DNA from: an uncultured Nitrososphaerales archaeon
Lineage (GTDB): Archaea; Thermoproteota; Nitrososphaeria; Nitrososphaerales; Nitrososphaeraceae
Assembly: GCA_963841565.1 (NCBI GenBank)
Contig: CAWJCY010000012.1
Span: 192,001 to 256,000, forward strand
Length of the DNA: 64,000 bases
Direction: 5' to 3'
A program made the translations under genes and the position numbers. This document shows positions 41,103 through 49,640 of the stretch, one piece after another (positions within the stretch are counted from its first letter, which is position 1; every line of letters starts with the position of its first letter). The notes beneath the pieces were generated by a model. That model saw only the letters and a list, made by a program, of their open reading frames with translations. It had not been told where the DNA came from and made no database searches.

Positions 41103-41448
41103 CACATACCACCTAGTAACAGGGTACCTTGGCAAAGAATGTCAATAAAAGCATTTTGGTTTTATGATTCACTATCAAAATAGTATGCTCGCTTGATCAT
41201 GATATTCTAATATTGCTACCGTCTCGCACGATTGAACTTATAGCGTCATATACTTGTCCCTTTTTCATCGATAGAGAATAATCGCAGCATCATCATGCAT
41301 GTAATAAACAATCTTTAGGATATTGTTAATAACTCGTGTGATACTGAAATTAAGCACTTCTGGTTTCGACTAGAGCGTATGATCTCTTACCCACACAATT
41401 CAATACGAGATAATTATCGATTAAAAAAATGGGCGCAAAACCATCCCA

Positions 41449-42279
41449 CTATTTAACTGTCATAGTACCTAGCATGTACGGGTGTACCGAACAGTAAAAC
41501 GGATGATCTCCGGCTGCAAGATTGGCGGTATCTATCTGCGCTGTTGCGCCTGCATCTATGATGCTTGTGTCAAACTGACTTCCTGATTCAGGATCTTCCG
41601 GTCCGGAACCGCTTGTAACTGTATGAGGCACTGTGTCTTGATTCGATACCTCTACTACGTCTCCAGCGGTAACTGTTAATGGATCTGGATCATAAGATGG
41701 ATTTCCTTGCACTGATGCTCCTTCTGGAATGTTAAGGGTCACTGAAGGTCCTGCTGCTGTGCCGGTTTGGTTAGTCTGATTCCCCGAAGTGACTGAAGGT
41801 GATGTGGTTGGTGCAGTTGCTGTTGTAGGTGCTGACTCTGGCGATTCTGTTGACTCTGCAGAGGCAGGTTCAACAAACAATTTAGCTCTCATATTATAAT
41901 GAAGCAATCCGCAGTATTCCCTGCACTGAATCAAATATTCCCCTGGGACATCAAACACATTCCAAACTGTGTTAATCCTCCCTGGAACTGCATCCATCAA
42001 TATGACGAAATCAGGCACATTGAAATCGTGTATAACGTCTTGAGATGTTATTTCAAATCTGTATGGAACATTCTGATTAACGTGTAATTCCCCTACCTCT
42101 TTTGTTCCATCCTCATGCTCAAAAGTCCAAAACCATTGCTGTCCAATAACCTTTATAGTCTCCGCGTCCGGGGGTGCAGCCTCAATTTGGTGCTCTACAT
42201 TCCATGCAGAGGCGCCGACCCAGCATAGAATTGATATTACAGCGCCCACATAGATCCATTCTACGGTAGCATGACCCAT
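41449..42279 (-). CDS. coxB: heme-copper oxidase subunit II (CuA) with C-terminal type-1 Cu domain
   Basis: GQQWFW, DVIHDF, CREYCGLLHYNM (CuA), Thr/Pro linker, PHT...YCSVHPYM. Confidence 0.93.
   Translation of the reverse strand: MGHATVEWIYVGAVISILCWVGASAWNVEHQIEAAPPDAETIKVIGQQWFWTFEHEDGTKEVGELHVNQNVPYRFEITSQDVIHDFNVPDFVILMDAVPGRINTVWNVFDVPGEYLIQCREYCGLLHYNMRAKLFVEPASAESTESPESAPTTATAPTTSPSVTSGNQTNQTGTAAGPSVTLNIPEGASVQGNPSYDPDPLTVTAGDVVEVSNQDTVPHTVTSGSGPEDPESGSQFDTSIIDAGATAQIDTANLAAGDHPFYCSVHPYMLGTMTVK
41473..41739. repeat. 267-bp direct repeat copy 2 (cupredoxin domain)
   Basis: Highly similar to 38720..38986. Confidence 0.9.
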
Positions 42280-42285
42280 TTTTTC

Positions 42286-42561
42286 CTATGCCTCCTTCCT
42301 TTCGGTTCTTGGTTTGTTTTTGGGATTGGATTCTCTAAATCGCCAGTATATGTAAATTAATGTACCTTGCACCAGCGCTCCCACTACAAAAGCCGCTACC
42401 ATTCCTTGATAGAAAAGATCCCATATCGCCACTCTTCTTACAATAAGCTCCTCAGCTTCCTGAGCATAAACATCAATGAAATTGCTACCGAAAATAGACA
42501 AATAACCTATAACTGATAGGCATCCAATCATGGTCCAAGATATAGTTAATCTAGATACCAT
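42286..42561 (-). CDS. small membrane protein, probably the split-off N-terminal TM part of oxidase subunit II
   Basis: Signal peptide (VYA|Q), IWDLF, TM ending IYWRFRES as in CoxB helix I; 6 nt upstream of coxB. Confidence 0.7.
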   Translation of the reverse strand: MVSRLTISWTMIGCLSVIGYLSIFGSNFIDVYAQEAEELIVRRVAIWDLFYQGMVAAFVVGALVQGTLIYIYWRFRESNPKNKPRTERKEA

Positions 42562-42661
42562 TTCAGATTCACTCGTTAGCTCATTAATCCTGTCCTTCTA
42601 ATTTAAGGTTTCTAATACTTGGCATAGGCCATATTCACTACAAAATGAAGACCGGGTTTCG

Positions 42662-43801
42662 TCATAATTGACTTTTCGATTGTTGCTCGTATCGGATTAG
42701 CTCAGATCTAAACCTTCGACGCTCCCATATCATGAGGTACACAACGCCCCCCACCAGTATGGCCTCGGTAGATTTAGCAAGTACACCAGCCGCATCAACT
42801 TGCTCAGCAACATTGTTAGGAGATAACGGAGGAGGAAAGATCACAGAATAAAGATATAGGCCAAGTAATACTGAACTGCCGATCAGACCAAACATGTTCA
42901 AAACCGCAGTTTTACGATAGTGCTTTCGGACAGAGACTATGTTGTTTGAGATCTTGGATTCGTTCAATGAAATTAATACGTAAACTATACCATAGGCGAA
43001 TTGAGCTGCTCCCGCGGTAAAGAGGAAGATACTGTATTCAATTCTTAATGAAGCGTGCCCAGGGAAGACCGCTATATGTACAAAACCTGAGGCCATCGCT
43101 AAGAACAATATGCAATACTTGAGCACTTGTTTATCTCCGATGTTTGCAGACATGATTGTCTTTCGTCTTTTGAGAAAGATAACGCCAAGAACCGCACCCA
43201 ATACTGCGATGCCCATAAAAATTCCAGTGAAAATTGAACCATAATAGATCGTGCCAAAGTTATTAGTGACAGAAATATTCATCAAACCTCTTTCACAGCC
43301 ACAATCAGATCTATCCAAAAGGGTACTTCTGGCCGGACTTGAAAGACCGATTCTGCTCTCACTAGCAGGCGAGTCATCAATCACGCTCACGACCAGTATA
43401 TAATTTCCGATTCGTGGAAATGTGTAGTAGAGCCTGAAATCTCCAACATCGTGCTTAGTCCAAGGAAATACTGCGATACGGTCGCCAGATTTTTCATCAT
43501 AGATTTCGACCATAGTTACAATATTTGTCATGTCGTTCCCTTTGTTATCTTGAATACTGAAAACGATTCCCGCCGGCTCTGCAGGTCGTGGATAGTCAGG
43601 CTCCATGCCTTGAAATATGTAATATTTACCAACACCGGAGAAGCCCCCATTATAGTGAGGTAGGTGTTCTAGATGAGAAAATGCGACGCTAGTAGAGGCA
43701 AAGCCAAGGATAATAAGCGGTAAGCAGGAGAGGAATAGTTTCAAAGAAGAATCATTACGAAATTCCGATATGTACGGTTTAGCCCTAGCGAATACATCCA
43801 T
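42662..43801 (-). CDS. secreted beta-domain plus multi-TM membrane protein, hypothetical
   Basis: Signal peptide then HLEHLPH, Ig-like segment, CGC, about 5 TM helices with His residues. Confidence 0.7.
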   Translation of the reverse strand: MDVFARAKPYISEFRNDSSLKLFLSCLPLIILGFASTSVAFSHLEHLPHYNGGFSGVGKYYIFQGMEPDYPRPAEPAGIVFSIQDNKGNDMTNIVTMVEIYDEKSGDRIAVFPWTKHDVGDFRLYYTFPRIGNYILVVSVIDDSPASESRIGLSSPARSTLLDRSDCGCERGLMNISVTNNFGTIYYGSIFTGIFMGIAVLGAVLGVIFLKRRKTIMSANIGDKQVLKYCILFLAMASGFVHIAVFPGHASLRIEYSIFLFTAGAAQFAYGIVYVLISLNESKISNNIVSVRKHYRKTAVLNMFGLIGSSVLLGLYLYSVIFPPPLSPNNVAEQVDAAGVLAKSTEAILVGGVVYLMIWERRRFRSELIRYEQQSKSQL

Positions 43802-43948
43802 CTGGGATGTAATTTAGTGAGGTGTCAAACTATTTAATTTGTTATGTGTCGACACTGGTCTTCTAAAAATTACCCGAGTTGTAGTAAGGACGATAACACT
43901 AAAAATGATGATAATAATATAATTGAAATTTCTTCAAGAACACTCCTG

Positions 43949-44572
43949 CTATTCTTCAAAATATCTGTTGATACTCATCAAATTTACCGCTGAAAGAGAA
44001 TAGATCTGGCATTCTTGCCTCAGTATAGTTAACGAGGCGTTGCGTATGTGCCACCTGTAAAGAGACTTTGGATTGAGATCTAAAAGAATCGAAATTGCCG
44101 CTTTAATCGGATCTAAATGAGTTATTAGAAGGACGTTCTCATCCTCGCATTTATGTCCAAGTTCTTCGAGAAGATTATTTATGCGATTTTTTACAGATGT
44201 AAATGACTCTACGCCGTAACTAAGCAAAGTCGGATCATTTCCGGAATAAAATTTGAGGAAAAGATTGCCATATTTTTGGACTATCTCTTCATAATTCATG
44301 CCAACTAGCTTTCCTAATTCTATCTCATAGAGCCGTTCGTCTATTTCATAGGTGGTACCTAGTATCTCACATACTATCTTCGCTGTTTCGATCGTTCTAA
44401 TTACCGGGCTAACGAGTATCCTGGTTATCGGTATTTCCTTTAAGTACACGGCGGTGTCTGCAACCTGACGCTTTCCATATTCTGTCAGATGTGCTTCAAC
44501 ATGCCTACCTACCAAAATTTTATTTACATTATTCTCTGCCTGTCCATGTCGCATCATAATCGTCAACGGCAA
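43949..44572 (-). CDS. histidine phosphatase (phosphoglycerate mutase family)
   Basis: RHGQAENN, SP..R..ETA, LYE, ITH, NAS. Confidence 0.92.
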   Translation of the reverse strand: MPLTIMMRHGQAENNVNKILVGRHVEAHLTEYGKRQVADTAVYLKEIPITRILVSPVIRTIETAKIVCEILGTTYEIDERLYEIELGKLVGMNYEEIVQKYGNLFLKFYSGNDPTLLSYGVESFTSVKNRINNLLEELGHKCEDENVLLITHLDPIKAAISILLDLNPKSLYRWHIRNASLTILRQECQIYSLSAVNLMSINRYFEE

Positions 44573-44710
44573 CCTAAATCTTCCAAGATTGTAGTCATTC
44601 CTTAGCTATTAAAACGCATTGTTAAGCATTTCAACGAGCGAAGATAGCAATCAGTTAAGAAGGAGCTCCAGGTAATGTTTTCATACCCGAGCCTGTTGGA
44701 TCTGAATAGG

Positions 44711-45385
44711 ATGAAGATCGGTATTGTCGGCGGAACAGGAGGAATGGGAGAGGGATTTGCACTCCGTTGGTGCCTGAAGCACGAAATTTTCATTGGATCT
44801 CGTGATTCAACTAGAGCCAAGGAAGCAGCAAAACAATATATGATTTCGGCTCGGGAGGCTTACGGAAGTAATATGGCTGGAAATGTCAGTGGTGAAGAAA
44901 ATGTCCGGCTATCGGAAATCTGTGACTTGGTCATTTTGTCTATTCCTTATGAATCAACCGAAGGCACGTGCGCTGGCATCTCGGAGAGAATTAGCCCCAA
45001 TTGCATCATAGTAACACCTATAGTACCTATGCGAAGGGAGGAGAAAGGGTTCACTTACTTGCCTTTAGAAGAAGGAGTGAAATCTGCCGCTGAGTTGGTC
45101 TCAGATTACATTCGACCCAGAGGAAGAATCGTCTCAGCTTTTCACACGATATCAGAGGTGAAATTGAAGGATGTCAAACAAAATTTGGCCGTTGACACTT
45201 TCGTGTGCGGTGACGACCAGAACAATGTATCAACGGTTAATTCGTTAATAGGTGAGATTAATGGGCTTCGACCAATCTATCTGGGCCCGTTGTCAGTGAG
45301 CTACCAAGCTGAAATATTAACCCCCATGTTGCTAAATGCCTCCAAAAGGAATAAAATTAAACACCCTGGATTAATGGTGACTTAG
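44711..45385 (+). CDS. npdG: F420H2:NADP+ oxidoreductase
   Basis: MKIGIVGGTGGMG, IGSRD, SAAE, VSAFHT. Confidence 0.92.
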   Translation: MKIGIVGGTGGMGEGFALRWCLKHEIFIGSRDSTRAKEAAKQYMISAREAYGSNMAGNVSGEENVRLSEICDLVILSIPYESTEGTCAGISERISPNCIIVTPIVPMRREEKGFTYLPLEEGVKSAAELVSDYIRPRGRIVSAFHTISEVKLKDVKQNLAVDTFVCGDDQNNVSTVNSLIGEINGLRPIYLGPLSVSYQAEILTPMLLNASKRNKIKHPGLMVT

Positions 45386-45397
45386 ATCCCATTAGAA

Positions 45398-45715
45398 ATG
45401 ATCTTTACTAAAAAAGAAAATAACAATCGCGGCAGAAATTGGATGTCTGCGATGGGGGTACTCTTTATCGTTATGGCAATGATCATAGCTATTCGGAACA
45501 TAGTGCTTGTTACTTACGCGCCTGAATCAGTGAACCCGCCATTTGAATCGGCATTTGCTAGGTACTTTAGCCCTTACCTCAACAATGAAAAATTTGTAAT
45601 TGCGATGTTGGTAGGGGGCGGCTTTCTATTATGGTGGGGATACTTTAAAAAGAAAGACGACGAAGGTCCCCCGGACGAACATGAGAGAAGGAGATTCGGT
45701 TATGATTTTAGATGA
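45398..45715 (+). CDS. 2-TM hypothetical membrane protein
   Basis: Two hydrophobic helices, charged tail; directly upstream of pspA. Confidence 0.7.
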   Translation: MIFTKKENNNRGRNWMSAMGVLFIVMAMIIAIRNIVLVTYAPESVNPPFESAFARYFSPYLNNEKFVIAMLVGGGFLLWWGYFKKKDDEGPPDEHERRRFGYDFR

Positions 45716-45788
45716 TTGAATCTTTCATCTCTTACGTGATTAGTCACATTTAATAATTAATTTTGTTCAATTAACTGTTAGAAAGTAA

Positions 45789-46529
45789 TTGGGATTACTA
45801 AATAGAATTTCGACAGTTATCAAGCAAAAAGCAAATTACCTAGTTGATAAGTATGAGGATCCGCGGCAGGCCCTTGATTATTCTTATGAGAAACAAAGAG
45901 AGCTTGTCAATCGACTCCGTCGGGACATGGCGGAGGTTGTCACATCAAAGAAAAGACTGGAAATGCAAAAGGCACGCCTATGGGACAATATAAGAACACT
46001 TGATGAACAAGCTAGGCGTTCCCTTGATTCTGATAGAGAAGATCTTGCCAAACTTGCTCTTCAGAGAAAGAATGCAAATCTGATTGAAATGCAGGGACTG
46101 GACAAGCAGATCGCGGAGATGCAGGCAGAACAGGAGAAATTAGAACAAACAGAAAAGGGACTTTCTGTCAAGGTAGAGGAATTTAAATCCAAAAAAGAGG
46201 TGATTAAGGCACAATATTCTTCAGCTGAGGCACAGGTCAGAATTAAGGAGAGTATAACAGGAATATCCGAGGAAATGACTGATGTTGGCATGGCTATGAA
46301 TAGAGCAGAAGAGAAGGCTGAAAGAATGAAGTCGAAAGCGCAAGCATTGGATGAGATGATTAGCTCTGGCGTGTTGGTAGATTATACTTCTAACAAAGAC
46401 GAAATCGAGGGTGAGCTTGAACAGATCACAGTCGATAAATCTGTAGAGGAAGAATTAGCAAAATTGAAGGCTGAAAAACTTCGAAAGAAGAAGAAGGTCG
46501 TGGAACAAGAGCAGGAAGCGACCACATGA
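45789..46529 (+). CDS. pspA: PspA/IM30 family protein
   Basis: MGLLNRIST amphipathic start, EDP, REDLAKLAL, VEEELAKLK. Confidence 0.93.
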   Translation: MGLLNRISTVIKQKANYLVDKYEDPRQALDYSYEKQRELVNRLRRDMAEVVTSKKRLEMQKARLWDNIRTLDEQARRSLDSDREDLAKLALQRKNANLIEMQGLDKQIAEMQAEQEKLEQTEKGLSVKVEEFKSKKEVIKAQYSSAEAQVRIKESITGISEEMTDVGMAMNRAEEKAERMKSKAQALDEMISSGVLVDYTSNKDEIEGELEQITVDKSVEEELAKLKAEKLRKKKKVVEQEQEATT

Positions 46530-47147
46530 GGAGTACTAGAAAAAAAGAAGGTAAATCTTCCTCTACAAGATCAGGCAACAGAAGGGGCAAGAAATCGAAG
46601 GCTAACTTGAGCAAGTCTTCATCAAAGAAACGTTCACTAATTAAGGGAGTTGGCAAGAGTACGAGGAAAAGGACATCACGCTCTCCAGTTAGGGTACCGA
46701 AACTAAGAACACAGAAGAGGACTAGCAAAGCTCAGATCAATCAAACGTTTTCCGGTAGTACGAGCTTCTAGGAAAAATGTCGTTCACAAGACAAAGAGCA
46801 GATCGAGAGCCTTCAGTTCATCCAAGAAACAAACATCTACAAGGGGAACAAATAAGAAAATCATTAGAGTTCTGGGTCATGGGCAATTCTCGGTTGATTC
46901 AGAAACTTTAAGAAAATTGAATGCGATCGACAATTCAATCGTCCGAAGGTTTGAAAAGGAAAATTTGACAGATGAGGAATTCAAAATGAAAATTGAGCAG
47001 CTCGGAGAGATCGTTACTAAAAAAGGAAAGCGACTCCATCCAAAAATGATAGTAAGTTCTGACATCATTCTACCGGGCAGCGATTTAACAGTTGAGGAAG
47101 CCAGCAAAATCTTCCATGGTGAGGGGATTATCCCGGGGCTTGACTAG
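46526..47147 (+). CDS. PspAA-domain protein with long Lys/Arg/Ser-rich N-terminus, split by one extra base at ~46730
   Basis: The frame of 46917..47147 is open upstream: KKIIRVLGHGQFSVDSETLRKLNAID...SDIILPGSDLTVEEA...GEGIIPG. One-base removal near AGCAAAGCTC joins it to 46526..46771. Confidence 0.75.
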
Positions 47148-47161
47148 TGCTTCGGCGACGT

Positions 47162-47794
47162 TTAAGTCCTTAACTTATCAAAAGGCATGTCCCACATAGG
47201 ATACCATACTGTCATGTCAGTTTCCCAGGGGATTTCCTTTGAGATAATAGACATGAGCGCTAGTTCGAGATCATTACGCCTCTTCTCTTGAGCAGCTAAT
47301 GGAACAAAGGGGTAGAATTTCTCTCTTTTATAATTAAAGATCAAATATTGGGGTTCAAGTTGAGGGCTGTCTAAGTTGGAGTTGGGACTAACTGTTTTCC
47401 TGAATTCAAACACCGCTGCCAACATCTGATCCCTAAATCCTCGTTCTGTGATGACGTCTGCAATTCCGTTTGACGCTACCAACATATCTTCAATGCTCAT
47501 CCCCCTTATCATTATCCATAGATAGCCATATTTGTCATTCATCAGAATATAATCGGTCCGAAATTCGCTACTGCTTATTTTTAAAAATTCTTGTACTTCT
47601 TTGATTGTATCTGAAAAATATGTCCCATTCACATTTTTTATGCAAATTCCACACCTATTGGTGCTCGTCAACCCTAATTTAGTCTCGAGCGTAATATATC
47701 CGGAAGTAAGTGAGAATATTCCCTCCTCACGATGATCCTTATTCTTTCTATATAAACCCCCTTTTCCTAGTTTTTTGAGTAAGGAGTCTATCAC
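47162..47794 (-). CDS. PspA-associated protein PspAB
   Basis: DKYGYLW, GFRDQMLAAVF, LIFNYKR..FYPFVP, RRNDLEL, WYPMWD. Confidence 0.85.
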   Translation of the reverse strand: MIDSLLKKLGKGGLYRKNKDHREEGIFSLTSGYITLETKLGLTSTNRCGICIKNVNGTYFSDTIKEVQEFLKISSSEFRTDYILMNDKYGYLWIMIRGMSIEDMLVASNGIADVITERGFRDQMLAAVFEFRKTVSPNSNLDSPQLEPQYLIFNYKREKFYPFVPLAAQEKRRNDLELALMSIISKEIPWETDMTVWYPMWDMPFDKLRT

Positions 47795-48724
47795 GCCATT
47801 GATGCCTCCATTTCTAGAAGTTTTTGAACCCTCATCTGAACAGGAGGATGCGTCGAAAAAAGGTTAGCTATCGATTGACGGCCAGAATGTACTGGAATTA
47901 TGAAAAATGCATTAAGTCCTTCTACTTTGCGTAGATCTCTATTCGGCACTTGCTCGCATTGTACCGCTTATCTTCATAAGTGCATTTGCTAGCTGTACAG
48001 GCTTTCCTGTCATCTGTGCCGATCCTCTATCAGCAGCGAACTCTCTGTACCTCGAAATCGCTCGGATCACCAGAAAGCTGACAAGCCAAGTAATTGCGGC
48101 CACTGCTAGCATAATCAAGATTGCCCCGCCGCCACCACCTCGATCTCGTCCTCCGCCATATCCACCCATTCCCCCTCCGTAAAGCCCGCCATAGAAACCA
48201 AACTGCATCAGGTACCACGCTACCGTCGAAAAGAGACTGGCCAGAGTTATCACCAAAACGTCCCTGTTCCTAATATGTGTCAGTTCGTGGCCTATGACAC
48301 CTTCGAGTTCTTCATTGTTTAGGATATCCATCAAACCCGTGGTTACGGCAACAACCGAGCTCCGTTGACTTTTTCCTGTAGCAAAAGCATTGGGGACTGT
48401 CGAATTTATTACGGCAATTTTTGGTTTGGGAAAGTTGTTCCTTGCAACTATTCTTTCCACCAATCCATGCAACTCAGGATACTGTTCCCTAGTCACGACC
48501 TTTGCACCTGAACTCCATAATACAATTTTATCTGAAAAGTACCATTGTGCTATAATCAATACTGATGCGACTACTGTAATCGGTATAAAGCCCACCCCTA
48601 GGTATGCCAATACACTAAGAAAAATAAGATAGAGCACCGCAAGTATAACGAAGCTCGTTATCATCCGTAATGTTAATCCTGTATCCCTTCGTTGCCAAGC
48701 TCTAGACATAGACTTGTCTCTCAT
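47791..48724 (-). CDS. htpX: zinc metalloprotease HtpX, split by one extra base at ~47953
   Basis: PNAFATG, GHELTH, SRYREFAAD. The shifted frame supplies LNAFFII...LFSTHPP...MA* with the stop overlapping the pspAB start. Confidence 0.93.
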
Positions 48725-48932
48725 TTATGTGATCTACATATGGACATTTAAGATAATTGTTTACTCTGTATCACTGCGTTTCGAAAGCCTATGGATGACC
48801 ACAAAGCAAAAAATCTAGTCATTGGCTGGCACATTTGAGGTGGAACACTAAAGTAATTGTTCAACGATTATAAATTTACGAGAACTTTTTCGAAGAATTA
48901 ATAAATATTACGATCAACTTAATAGAAATAGC

Positions 48933-49358
48933 GTGAATTCAAGTGCTCGAGGTTATGGTTTAATTGCTATGATTCTTGCAATTAACATGGTCCTTAGCGC
49001 AGACCTCACGTTGCAATTCATCCTCGTACCAGAAAGAGTGGATGCACAGAACGACATACCTTCCCCCCCATCAAATACAACATCAAAAAATCAAAACTTG
49101 TCAAACATTACAGGAGCTGAGACCTATATAGTTACTTTGAATAATCAAAGTTCGTCTGGTGATTTGGATGATGTTATACAGTCGGTGAAGGAGAAAGGTG
49201 CGAACATAACCCATGTTTATAGCCATTCCATAGTTGGTTTTTCTGTCCAGATTCCATCGGATAAAAAGTCAGAAACCATGGAGTCACTAGTAAATGATAC
49301 ACGAATAAATAGTGTTGAACCTGATCAAACTATGACCCTCTCGCCTCCACTTGAGTAA
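48933..49358 (+). CDS. secreted stand-alone peptidase inhibitor I9 domain protein
   Basis: Signal peptide; YIVTL...VYSHSIVGFS...INSVEPDQ. Confidence 0.82.
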   Translation: MNSSARGYGLIAMILAINMVLSADLTLQFILVPERVDAQNDIPSPPSNTTSKNQNLSNITGAETYIVTLNNQSSSGDLDDVIQSVKEKGANITHVYSHSIVGFSVQIPSDKKSETMESLVNDTRINSVEPDQTMTLSPPLE

Positions 49359-49640
49359 TTGCTTAGTTTACCAAGCGTAAGACTTTTTTGAAATTCTGAA
49401 TCTGAGCTAAAAAAGTCATTGTACTTGTTTAGTTCAGTTTAACACCTGCGTTCTTTAGCGTAGAAAATTGGACTCGGCATAAATAGTAAGTTATCATCGA
49501 AGAGCATGAAATGACAAGACTTAGTCGCTATCTTACCGACTCCGGCCAAAAACTTCGGTATCATCATTTGTTTGCTTCTCATACTTTAGAAGGAAATGTC
49601 GTAAATCCAGAAGTGAGAGGAATCCTGGAATAATAAGGAA

